Shown here: piece by piece, positions 56,361 through 64,000 of the stretch
How positions within the stretch are numbered: position 1 is the first letter of the stretch
Layout: the number at the start of each line of letters is the position of its first letter
IMG/VR virus record: IMGVR_UViG_2974641675_000001
Location: 66,260-130,259 of that record
Length of the DNA: 64,000 bases
DNA from: a virus
Strand: one strand, 5' to 3'
Position numbers and translations under genes: made by a program
Notes under the pieces: generated by a model
Told to the model about the DNA's origin: nothing
Database searches by the model: none
What the model saw: the letters and a program-made list of their open reading frames with translations, nothing else

Positions 56361-57266
56361 TCACACGGTGATCTCTTCACTTTCTTGATCTTCACCATTG
56401 AGAAGTTCTTGATACAGGTCAATCATCTCGCGTGTTTCCTCAGCTCGGGTCGGGACGCGACGCGGATGCTTGCGAACGTAGTCGGTAGCCTCTTGCAGAA
56501 CCTTGTCGGTAAAGATCTGCAACAACCCCATGGCTTCCTCGCTCACACCTTGCGGGGCTACGAAAGGGCTGCGCTCAACGCGAGCACGAATCACACCAAG
56601 CACCGGCCGCTGGAAGCCTTCCGAGAATGCCCCGCCCCACTGATCGATGTTGAGCGTGATCAGTTCATCGACGGTACGGCAATGCTGCTTATCGCCGCCA
56701 ATGTAGGCCAGTACACGATGCGCCGACCAGAGGATGCCCAAGTAGGTGCGTTCCTGTTTGAACTCCAGCCCGCTACCCTGAATCTGCGAGAGCGTGTGCA
56801 TCGACTTGGTGATGTGTTCTGCGCAACGGAACACAAGGTTCTCAACGCAAAAGTAGTCTTCCGCCACCGGGTCGAACAGAAACTTGATCCGTTCGTTCTC
56901 CTTAGCGAAACTTTCGTACGCCATCAGCGAGAACGTGCTGCAGTTCATGATGCCGCGCAACAGCGAGCGCATGTCCAGTATCGAGACCATAATCGGCCAA
57001 CCCAGCTCGTGTGTCAGCTTGGTCGACAGATCTGCCAGTCGCTTGCGACGCTCTTCAAGCGTGCCCTCGAAGAAAGGCACGTTCGTCATGTTGATGTAAT
57101 CCGACACCGGACGATTGAGCAAAAAGCACATGTCGATGTCGGAGTTCGGGTCATTGAAGCCGCGCAGCATGGAGCCATGAATGGCCGAAGCTACCACTTC
57201 CAGTCCCAGATGGCGGGATACGAGCACGCTCGCCTCAGCGAGTTTTTCCTTGTTGTTGTCCAGCAT
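56361..57266 (-). CDS. Pol-beta-superfamily nucleotidyltransferase (RlaP/PF10127-like), tandem paralogue
   Basis: VASAIHGSMLRGFNDPNSDIDMCFL. Confidence 0.75.
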   Translation of the reverse strand: MLDNNKEKLAEASVLVSRHLGLEVVASAIHGSMLRGFNDPNSDIDMCFLLNRPVSDYINMTNVPFFEGTLEERRKRLADLSTKLTHELGWPIMVSILDMRSLLRGIMNCSTFSLMAYESFAKENERIKFLFDPVAEDYFCVENLVFRCAEHITKSMHTLSQIQGSGLEFKQERTYLGILWSAHRVLAYIGGDKQHCRTVDELITLNIDQWGGAFSEGFQRPVLGVIRARVERSPFVAPQGVSEEAMGLLQIFTDKVLQEATDYVRKHPRRVPTRAEETREMIDLYQELLNGEDQESEEITV

Positions 57267-57312
57267 GATTAGGTCCTCGTCTATGTTAAGGTACTACTGT
57301 CTTTACTCCAAT

Positions 57313-57322
57313 GGTAATATGT
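57313..57322 (-). promoter_or_regulatory. phiKZ-type early promoter motif (ACATATTACC)
   Basis: Repeat copy upstream of the NTase pair. Confidence 0.6.
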
Positions 57323-57387
57323 GCATGAAAACCACACCATTAGAGTTACCCCTTCGTCATAGAAGGACAACCAGCTGTAAAAAGTGA

Positions 57388-57795
57388 TTAGAAGTAAACC
57401 TGGATACAGTGATGGTCCATCTCGTTCTGGCGGGCATCTTGGTTAAAGATGCGAGCACAGATTACACCGTGACAGCCTTTAGCATTCTCCTTAGCCCACT
57501 GGCTGGTCAGTTTCTCGAAACCGATATAGCTACAGAACCACAGACGATCATCGTTATTACCGACAGTTTTGGTATAGCCTTCTTCGTAGAACTGTGGTGC
57601 AGTAACGACGTCAAAGATATGACTCTTGACACCGCCGAGGTCTGGATTGGATTCATACCAGTCAACTAGCAGGATAGCCAGAATGACGCGCAAGTTAGCG
57701 CGCAGTTCTGCATCAGAGTCAGCACGACCGACGCCATGCAACATCGTTCTGGTGTAAACACGGTTATTGGGATTGACAATGTGGAGATAGGCCAT
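57388..57795 (-). CDS. Hypothetical protein
   Basis: 135-aa ORF. Confidence 0.6.
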   Translation of the reverse strand: MAYLHIVNPNNRVYTRTMLHGVGRADSDAELRANLRVILAILLVDWYESNPDLGGVKSHIFDVVTAPQFYEEGYTKTVGNNDDRLWFCSYIGFEKLTSQWAKENAKGCHGVICARIFNQDARQNEMDHHCIQVYF

Positions 57796-57860
57796 GGTAG
57801 TCTGGGTTAGTAAGTAGGTAACATGAAATGTGTAACTGGGTAACTTTTACCCACGTAAAC

Positions 57861-57899
57861 AAAAAAATAAAGACCGGGACGAACCCGGTCTTTATGCCG
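57861..57899 (-). terminator. Intrinsic terminator (UUCG loop plus U-tract)
   Basis: Minus strand reads CGGCATAAAGACCGGG-TTCG-TCCCGGTCTTTATTTTTTT. Confidence 0.75.
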
Positions 57900-57911
57900 G
57901 CCTAAAGCCGA

Positions 57912-58574
57912 TTAGTGCAGCGCCCCCAGCAACACGACCAGCATATGGTACTGGTCGTTCGCGGAGCCGTTCAGCAGCTGGTGCTTCGGATCGCTGAGGT
58001 CGAGTTCTTTGGTGAAATCGATCTCGGTAACGTTGGCGCCGGCGACTGCGGCTTTCAGGTGTTCCGAGAACGGAGCGTGGGTGCATTTCAACCACTGGCA
58101 GAGTTCAAACAGCCAGTAGCATTCGCCCAGCGTGTGTTTCGGAGTATCATCGATCGCGGCGATCATGCTTGCCAGATCTTGGATGGATGGGGCGCTGGTG
58201 TGCTGCAGATTCTTATTCACCAGGTTGCGTTCGAACTCTTCAGCGATGTTCTGACGCTCCGGGCTAGCTTCATCGGAGATGATCACGCGCAGAACCGTGT
58301 TGCGTCCGAAGAACTGATGGTTGGCCAGCAGCCACGGCACACACAACAGGTAGGACGGGCTGCGGACATTGCGATCGAAATACTGGAAGCAGTTGTTGAT
58401 CGCTGCTTGGAAGCGATAGCGGATGAGCCCGCGACGTTCTTCCAGACCTGCAGGCGCAGCACGCAGGTGATGCATGGCGCGCGCAGCATTTTCATGTTCT
58501 TTCTCGATGGCTTGGAGGAAAGCCTCCACCGAGACGATGTCCGGATTCGTATTAGCGTCGGGATGCGTATTCAT
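57912..58574 (-). CDS. Hypothetical protein
   Basis: AGGAG RBS before MNTHPD. Confidence 0.65.
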   Translation of the reverse strand: MNTHPDANTNPDIVSVEAFLQAIEKEHENAARAMHHLRAAPAGLEERRGLIRYRFQAAINNCFQYFDRNVRSPSYLLCVPWLLANHQFFGRNTVLRVIISDEASPERQNIAEEFERNLVNKNLQHTSAPSIQDLASMIAAIDDTPKHTLGECYWLFELCQWLKCTHAPFSEHLKAAVAGANVTEIDFTKELDLSDPKHQLLNGSANDQYHMLVVLLGALH

Positions 58575-58676
58575 AGCGAAACTCCTAAAGAGGGTACAGC
58601 AGTTGAGTGGATAAAACTTCGGCATAAGCCCAGAGGCCGTAGCCTCTGGGTCATTATAGAGCAAATGACTTGCGAG

Positions 58677-59033
58677 TTACCAGTACCAATACCCAGCACC
58701 GTCAGGACGAACCTTCGCCATCACCTCGTAATCTGGATTCCGCGTATAGCGATGCAGCTCACGAGCAGTATGATGGCGATGCTCTTTTTCGTACTCGCGG
58801 CGATACCACTTTGGGATACCGGCGCGACGATATTCCTTGGTAAAACAGTCACCGAGCTTCTTACGAAGATCGGCGTAATCTGTCTTGCTGAGTTGGCGCT
58901 TGGCTTCTCGCCAACCACCGGCAGTCAGAGGAATCCAGTACATCTCATCGAAATACCAATCACCGTAGTCATAACGAACATCAATGCGGTAATCAAGAGG
59001 TTGGCTGGGGTTCTGGCGGTAAGTGCGTGACAT
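58677..59033 (-). CDS. Basic, aromatic-rich hypothetical protein
   Basis: GGAG RBS; 118 aa. Confidence 0.6.
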   Translation of the reverse strand: MSRTYRQNPSQPLDYRIDVRYDYGDWYFDEMYWIPLTAGGWREAKRQLSKTDYADLRKKLGDCFTKEYRRAGIPKWYRREYEKEHRHHTARELHRYTRNPDYEVMAKVRPDGAGYWYW

Positions 59034-59107
59034 GTTGAGGTTCTCCGATTAAGTTGCACAATCGGGTACTCGTATGCCATCGCATGGCGATGTAATGTTC
59101 GGTCACG

Positions 59108-59497
59108 TTACACGTAGGCCAGCAGGGTATGGACTGCGTTGTTCGGTTCCACCAGTGTGATCACGACTTCGCGACAGGCCTCGGGATAGTGCTCACTAAC
59201 CCAAGGGCTGGTGATTTCGCGCACGCCGATGCGGCCGAGCTTGACCTTCGGGTCATCGGACAGGAGGGCGATCTGGTCGGGCACTGCCGATTCACCGGCA
59301 GTGTAGCGGTCGCTGATCTCGTCGAGCACGATCCGGACAACAGGTTTGGCATCGCCATTGGAATCGTACACGATGAGCGCGTCAGCCATCTCTTCCGTGT
59401 AGTCCTTCAGGCGATAAGAAGTGGGGTCGCTAGCCTTGGTGTTGGCCGCATTACGGACAACGACGTGTTTGGTCAGATCAACAATTACAACACTCAT
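59108..59497 (-). CDS. Hypothetical protein
   Basis: AGGAGG RBS; 129 aa. Confidence 0.65.
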   Translation of the reverse strand: MSVVIVDLTKHVVVRNAANTKASDPTSYRLKDYTEEMADALIVYDSNGDAKPVVRIVLDEISDRYTAGESAVPDQIALLSDDPKVKLGRIGVREITSPWVSEHYPEACREVVITLVEPNNAVHTLLAYV

Positions 59498-59524
59498 TGA
59501 AGCCTCCTAAGAAGTAAAGATAAG

Positions 59525-60880
59525 TCAAACAGTGGTGGTATCGGCTTTAGCCTTGAAAATCTCATCAGCGGCAGCGGGCGCTGTTACCGCTTTAACGAAG
59601 CCTTGCGGATTGCCCTCATTCGCCATGTAGTACGCACTGGCATCACAACCGCGCAGAGCACGTTCGATCGGGGTATGTTCGGGCCATTGCTCGTCATAGA
59701 GCTGCTCGTAATACTCTTTGATGCTGCGCGGAGACATGCGTCCAACCTCGATCAGCTTCGTCACACGGCCCGGACGGTACATAGCGGGATCTATCTTCTC
59801 CAAATGGTTAGTGGTGAAGATGATCACGCAGTCCGTAATCTCCACGGGAGACTGCAGTGAAGCCAGCATCCGTCCGAGAGCCGGACTATCATCGATATCT
59901 GCCGGAGCCATCGGATCGACATTTTCTTTCTTCTCACGCTTACGCAGACCTTGCATGAAGGTATCGAAGTCATCATGCAACAGTACCGGAACTTCACCCT
60001 CGGCGATATTGTCGCGCGCTGTGATGACAGTATCACTGAGAGTAGGCTGACGATGATCATTGATCGTGACGCCATTCGTCACGAAGAGCGAAGTGCGTAG
60101 CCTGAAAGCAATGTACTCGGCCAACACAGACTTACCGGTGCCAGGCTCACCGTGGAGCATAAAGACCAGCTTGTGCGGGATATCCAGTCGGTTATTACGA
60201 TCGCGGTTCTTCAGGAAGTTATCGATAGCTTCATCGATCTCTTCCTTAACTGCGTGGTCAATCGCCAGCACAGGCAGGGTGGTAAAGTTGCGCATCCGCA
60301 CAGCCGACGGTGGTTCTGATCCCCACGAGGCGGCCTTGATCTGATAGATACCCGGCACGGTATATTCTCGCACGCTCTCGCCGAGAATCGCCAGCATCTT
60401 CTTGCGATGAATTCGCAGCGCAGTCAACGACAACGTAATAACTCGCCGACCCGCCTTGTTACCATCTTTGTTGTCCTGGTTCTCCTGTTTACGCGATACC
60501 CAGATCCACGCGCCGTCGTAGTGGAAGAAGAACCCACCATCTGCCAGAGTCTCGGTCAACTGCTTCTTTCGGGTAGTCAGTCTAGCCATCGCACGACGAC
60601 CAGACACGCGCTTTTGCAGTTCGTGCTCGAACTTCTCCGCAACTACTTGAATCATCGAACGATTGTCGTTGTAGTCGTACTCGATGTAATACGTGAAGAC
60701 GATATGTCGCTTAATGTAGTACCAGAGACGCTTCGGTATGCTGCGCGCCACGTACGCCAGCGACCCGATGATTGAAGCGGTAGCAGCGCCTGCAATTAGG
60801 GTGTTACCGTTAAGAGCACTGGAAATCCAGCCATTGAACGCACCAACAATCTGCTGGGCGTGAGAGATAGCAGTAATCAT
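59525..60880 (-). CDS. BCS1-like membrane-anchored AAA+ ATPase
   Basis: N-terminal TM; Walker A GEPGTGKS; Walker B LLHDDFD; IIFTTNHLEKIDPAMYRPGRV second region of homology. Confidence 0.8.
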   Translation of the reverse strand: MITAISHAQQIVGAFNGWISSALNGNTLIAGAATASIIGSLAYVARSIPKRLWYYIKRHIVFTYYIEYDYNDNRSMIQVVAEKFEHELQKRVSGRRAMARLTTRKKQLTETLADGGFFFHYDGAWIWVSRKQENQDNKDGNKAGRRVITLSLTALRIHRKKMLAILGESVREYTVPGIYQIKAASWGSEPPSAVRMRNFTTLPVLAIDHAVKEEIDEAIDNFLKNRDRNNRLDIPHKLVFMLHGEPGTGKSVLAEYIAFRLRTSLFVTNGVTINDHRQPTLSDTVITARDNIAEGEVPVLLHDDFDTFMQGLRKREKKENVDPMAPADIDDSPALGRMLASLQSPVEITDCVIIFTTNHLEKIDPAMYRPGRVTKLIEVGRMSPRSIKEYYEQLYDEQWPEHTPIERALRGCDASAYYMANEGNPQGFVKAVTAPAAADEIFKAKADTTTV

Positions 60881-60978
60881 TGTATTATTGTTCCTTGTTA
60901 GGTAGTCCTACAAATTTCCCTAACATGTAAAAACTGAGACGGCATAAAGCGCCGGGTTTCCCCCAGCGCTCTAAGCTT

Positions 60979-61587
60979 TTAAGCAGCAACTGCCTGAGTC
61001 GCGTGACTGTACTCGATGGTGATGCTGAGCACTTTCTTGCCACCGAGCACGAAAGCCACTTCCACGCCCACTTGAGTCGGCTTCAGCCTGATATGCTTCG
61101 GCATCAAGGCATCGGTAGGTTTGACGGTTGCCGCCACTGCTTCGAAAGCAGCTATGGCCATACTACTGAAGCGAGGATTGGCCGAGAGTACATCCTTGGC
61201 TTTATCCCAGCTGACGGATTTACCGAGGGAAGAGAGATCGCTCTTGGACGGAGCAACCTTCTCTACAATCACATCAGACAACACTGCCAAGCCATCCTTA
61301 CGCACGAACAGCTTGAGCGTTTCCATTACTTCCGCTTTCTCTTTGGAATGCAGCGTAACGATCAGGATATGGCCGTGATTCGGATCGGCTTGCAGGGCAG
61401 CGGTGAGATATACCTTGCTGCTGCTGTTGCCTTGTGACCAGACGAGATTGTGCTTCTCCCACATTGCGCGAAGAACAAGAGAGTTATCGAACTCGTTGTC
61501 GAAACCTTCCTGAATTGCAGCGTGCATGAAATCCATCACACCGCCATCATAACGCTTACCGTCAAATGCTTTCAGTCGTTGGCTCAT
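60979..61587 (-). CDS. Hypothetical protein
   Basis: ATG start MSQRLKA preferred over the TTG start that overlaps the upstream gene. Confidence 0.6.
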   Translation of the reverse strand: MSQRLKAFDGKRYDGGVMDFMHAAIQEGFDNEFDNSLVLRAMWEKHNLVWSQGNSSSKVYLTAALQADPNHGHILIVTLHSKEKAEVMETLKLFVRKDGLAVLSDVIVEKVAPSKSDLSSLGKSVSWDKAKDVLSANPRFSSMAIAAFEAVAATVKPTDALMPKHIRLKPTQVGVEVAFVLGGKKVLSITIEYSHATQAVAA

Positions 61588-61607
61588 AGCTTTCCCACTA
61601 AACTTCG

Positions 61608-62243
61608 TTAACCCCAAGGATGCCAGCTGTCATCCCGTTTCTTTTTCTCTTCAGAGACAAGCGCTCTGAGTTCTTCGTATTTCCATGGAAGGCCGAAGTC
61701 GACATCCGGCTGGCGCTTCATAGCGTCCCAAGATTTTTCTTCCTCAGCACTGACTGCATGGTGATAAGGGTGTCGCGAATCGGTAACGTAACCGTGATCA
61801 GTATCAAACACGAAGCCTTCGCCTTCGTGGAACGCATCATTCGAGAAGTAGATGACGGCTTCCCTGCTACCATCTTCGAAAATGCTGCGCAGAAGAATGT
61901 CGCCTTCTTCCAGCACAAGATTCTCACGAATGCCGTTGAGCAACATGATAAAGAGCTTCTCACTCGGACGACTGGTGCTGGCGCGGCTTTCATACAGCCA
62001 GAAATCACCTTTGTCTTCTTTGACGCGCCAGCGCCAAGTATCGAAGTAAGATGAGCAGCTCACTAGCATGGAGTGGATTGTACTGACTGCTTTGTTCAGA
62101 TCCTCTTGCGCTTGGTTTCTCGGCGGCGGCGGATCAGTCAGCTCTTCCTTGATCCAGTAGAGATAGTCGAGAAAATCCAGCAAGTGCTGCGGTGCCGTCT
62201 TCTTGACTCGCAACTGGGTAGCGATTCCGGTATAGTCAGCCAT
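61608..62243 (-). CDS. Hypothetical protein
   Basis: AAGGA RBS before MADY; preceded by a TATTAC motif. Confidence 0.65.
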   Translation of the reverse strand: MADYTGIATQLRVKKTAPQHLLDFLDYLYWIKEELTDPPPPRNQAQEDLNKAVSTIHSMLVSCSSYFDTWRWRVKEDKGDFWLYESRASTSRPSEKLFIMLLNGIRENLVLEEGDILLRSIFEDGSREAVIYFSNDAFHEGEGFVFDTDHGYVTDSRHPYHHAVSAEEEKSWDAMKRQPDVDFGLPWKYEELRALVSEEKKKRDDSWHPWG

Positions 62244-62281
62244 GATGTTTCCTTTAAGCAGTTCAGTGGTGTTTACAGCGT

Positions 62282-62291
62282 GGTAATATGT
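62282..62291 (-). promoter_or_regulatory. phiKZ-type early promoter motif (ACATATTACC)
   Basis: Repeat copy. Confidence 0.6.
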
Positions 62292-62355
62292 TCCCAGAGA
62301 AATCTTGAGATGGATTTCAATGGCATAAAGCGGAGAGCAAATGCCCTCCACCTTA

Positions 62356-62706
62356 TTACTGCTTTAGCTTGCGTTTCCAGCCGATACTCAGGACGTAACG
62401 CACGCCTTCTTCGACTTTTGTTACCGAGTGAGTTACCAGATCCGGACGGAAGTAGTTGATGCCTCTCCAACGAAAGAGGGACTTCTCACAAACCAACTCT
62501 CCGCCTTTCTTCGGCGCCTTTAACTCGATGTTCAAACGGAAGTGACCGTAACCCTCGATTACGGGATCGACATGGGGAGGAATGGAACTCCCTACGCCAT
62601 ATCTGATCAGATGGCAGTCCATGTTCAGAAGCTGGCTATTGAGCATCGTAAAGATGCGATAGCCTGTTCCCTGTCTGCCATCTTGCCAATGCCACAGCTT
62701 TCTCAT
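62356..62706 (-). CDS. 2OG-Fe(II) oxygenase-family protein
   Basis: HxD (PPHVDP), GGEL, distal His (VTHSV) and RYVL. Confidence 0.75.
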   Translation of the reverse strand: MRKLWHWQDGRQGTGYRIFTMLNSQLLNMDCHLIRYGVGSSIPPHVDPVIEGYGHFRLNIELKAPKKGGELVCEKSLFRWRGINYFRPDLVTHSVTKVEEGVRYVLSIGWKRKLKQ

Positions 62707-62753
62707 GGTTATTCTCCTGTACTACAGAATCCCCATTAGAAGTAGAAAATGGA

Positions 62754-63389
62754 TCAGCCCTTGGACACCATCGTCAGTGTGATTGCACGACCATCCGGCA
62801 GAAACACGCTTTCACCGAACGTCGGGAACTTGGTTTCCGAGTTCAGGTTGAAGTCTTTGATATCCCGCACCATATACGCCATCACGATCTCGTTCGTGAT
62901 ATGGAACATACGATCACGCACGTCAGCATAAGGCACGCTGACGATAGTATCACCAAAGTCCTTTACCGTACCTTTGTGGAACGAGAACGACATCATGCTG
63001 TTCGGCGTGTAGCTGTAGGTCTCACCTACTTCCAGTGCCTTGATCGCTTCGTCGTGGTTCCGGTCTTTAGGCGAGAACCCGCGATAAAGCGTTTCACGTA
63101 CCGGAGGCGGTTGAATGGCTTCGAACACACGCTTGGCTTCGCGCAGTTTCGGCAACAGCGAGTAGTCAGTGACGGTGATCCAGCGTTCCACAGCTTCGAG
63201 GAGTTCTTTGTGCTGAATCAGTTCTCGGACGATGCGTTCGTCCACGTCTTCCTTCTGGAAAGTGACTTGGGGATGGGACCACACCCGGTCTTCTAATTTG
63301 TCCCACAGTTGTTTGGTCCAGTCGTACACTTCTTCTTGCTCCAGGCCAAGCCCGGGTTGCCCGTCGAGGGACAGAACTTTCAAGCCCAT
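62754..63389 (-). CDS. ADP-ribosyltransferase (R-S-E class, Alt/ModB/VIP2-like)
   Basis: TLYRGF (R), MMSFSF (S) and FGESVF (E); N-terminal LGLE. Confidence 0.65.
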   Translation of the reverse strand: MGLKVLSLDGQPGLGLEQEEVYDWTKQLWDKLEDRVWSHPQVTFQKEDVDERIVRELIQHKELLEAVERWITVTDYSLLPKLREAKRVFEAIQPPPVRETLYRGFSPKDRNHDEAIKALEVGETYSYTPNSMMSFSFHKGTVKDFGDTIVSVPYADVRDRMFHITNEIVMAYMVRDIKDFNLNSETKFPTFGESVFLPDGRAITLTMVSKG

Positions 63390-63479
63390 GATGAATACCT
63401 GTTGGTTAGATGATGGCTATAAAATAGTTCACAGCGGCATAAAAAGCGGGAGAGGGCACTCACGCCCTCTCCCTTAGTC

Positions 63480-64000
63480 CATTGTTTCCCCAAGACGCTC
63501 CACCAAACGTCAAGAGAATTCAACCGCAAACCAAACATCAGCCGAACGAATACCACGCTTCTATAGTGAGTGTGGGGAGAGGATACGGGCCCATCTACCT
63601 ATCTTACCTCTCCCCACTACCTCGCAGGCCACCATCAAGCCTTTTGAGTAAAGTGGTAACAACCCACTCACTACCGACACTGTTACCCGCCTCAGGACGT
63701 AACCTGTGCATTGGGTCAGCTCCCAACTCAATGTCGGAACTACGCTCGTTCTAACGTAGCTTTGCTTTTTACCGCTTACCGAGATAGCGGTGTTTACCTC
63801 GCCTCATTTGCTCGGGTCTTTGAGGTTTCGCAATTCCATATCCTTTTTTGATAGGCTGGAGGTCTGCAAGAGGTAGAGTTTCATGCCCCGGCTTCAGCTG
63901 ATGCACTTTTCCCTACTCGCTCCGCACCCACAGGCTATCCCTCTAAACTAAACACCGACTGTCGCATGGCTGCTACAGCTCCGTATCGCTTGACTTTAAT
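63480..64000. ncRNA. Candidate structured non-coding RNA, truncated by the window end
   Basis: At least 520 nt without a credible ORF; 11-bp helix 63572-63582/63607-63617, 9-bp long-range pair 63788-63796/63949-63957 and several hairpins. Confidence 0.4.

Noticed and set aside
26483-57867. Poly-A runs (about 26483, 33472, 43589 and 57861) as phase-variation tracts
   Set aside because: Intergenic and adjacent to hairpins; they read as terminator U-tracts on the minus strand
50484-63981. Shared 11-mer ATACGGAGCTG between the two RNA candidates (opposite strands)
   Set aside because: An 11-mer match between two ~500-nt regions is not unlikely by chance, and no further similarity is visible
1-64000. 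Direct evidence for phage-nucleus genes (chimallin, PhuZ) or tRNA genes
   Set aside because: None recognised in this window; a nucleus-forming lifestyle is inferred only from phiKZ-like core genes

Overview
This 64 kb window comes from a phiKZ-like jumbo myovirus (Chimalliviridae-type gene set and order; the host cannot be determined from the sequence). About 1-43.6 kb is conserved core. It includes a UvsX/RecA recombinase running off the left edge (absent from the ORF track), RNase H, a central spike, SbcC/Rad50, two NPH-repeat tail-fibre proteins, spanin-like lysis genes, a RuvC-like resolvase, a probable portal, a split RNA polymerase beta-type subunit, the major capsid protein and a DnaB helicase. 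About 43.6-64 kb is an accessory, minus-strand early region with repeated TATTAC promoter motifs. It encodes an HNH endonuclease, three nucleotidyltransferases, two LprI-like secreted proteins, a BCS1-like AAA ATPase, a 2OG-Fe(II) oxygenase and an ADP-ribosyltransferase. The standout is a RiPP-like cluster directly behind the tail-fibre genes (16168-23738). It comprises a 65-aa peptide ending in NCNCNCAC, an orphan protein, four radical-SAM proteins and a DUF3050 heme-oxygenase-like enzyme. The peptide shares a gap-free GQ-x11-x8-HTH-x3-D module with the upstream 125-aa protein, which suggests (inference only) post-translational tailoring of a fibre-tip protein. Two ~500-nt non-coding regions with nested long helices (50031-50532; 63480-64000) are candidate structured RNAs. 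A family of GCATAA...TTATG(C/T)-flanked hairpins marks most gene junctions. All family assignments come from motif recognition by eye, not from database searches.
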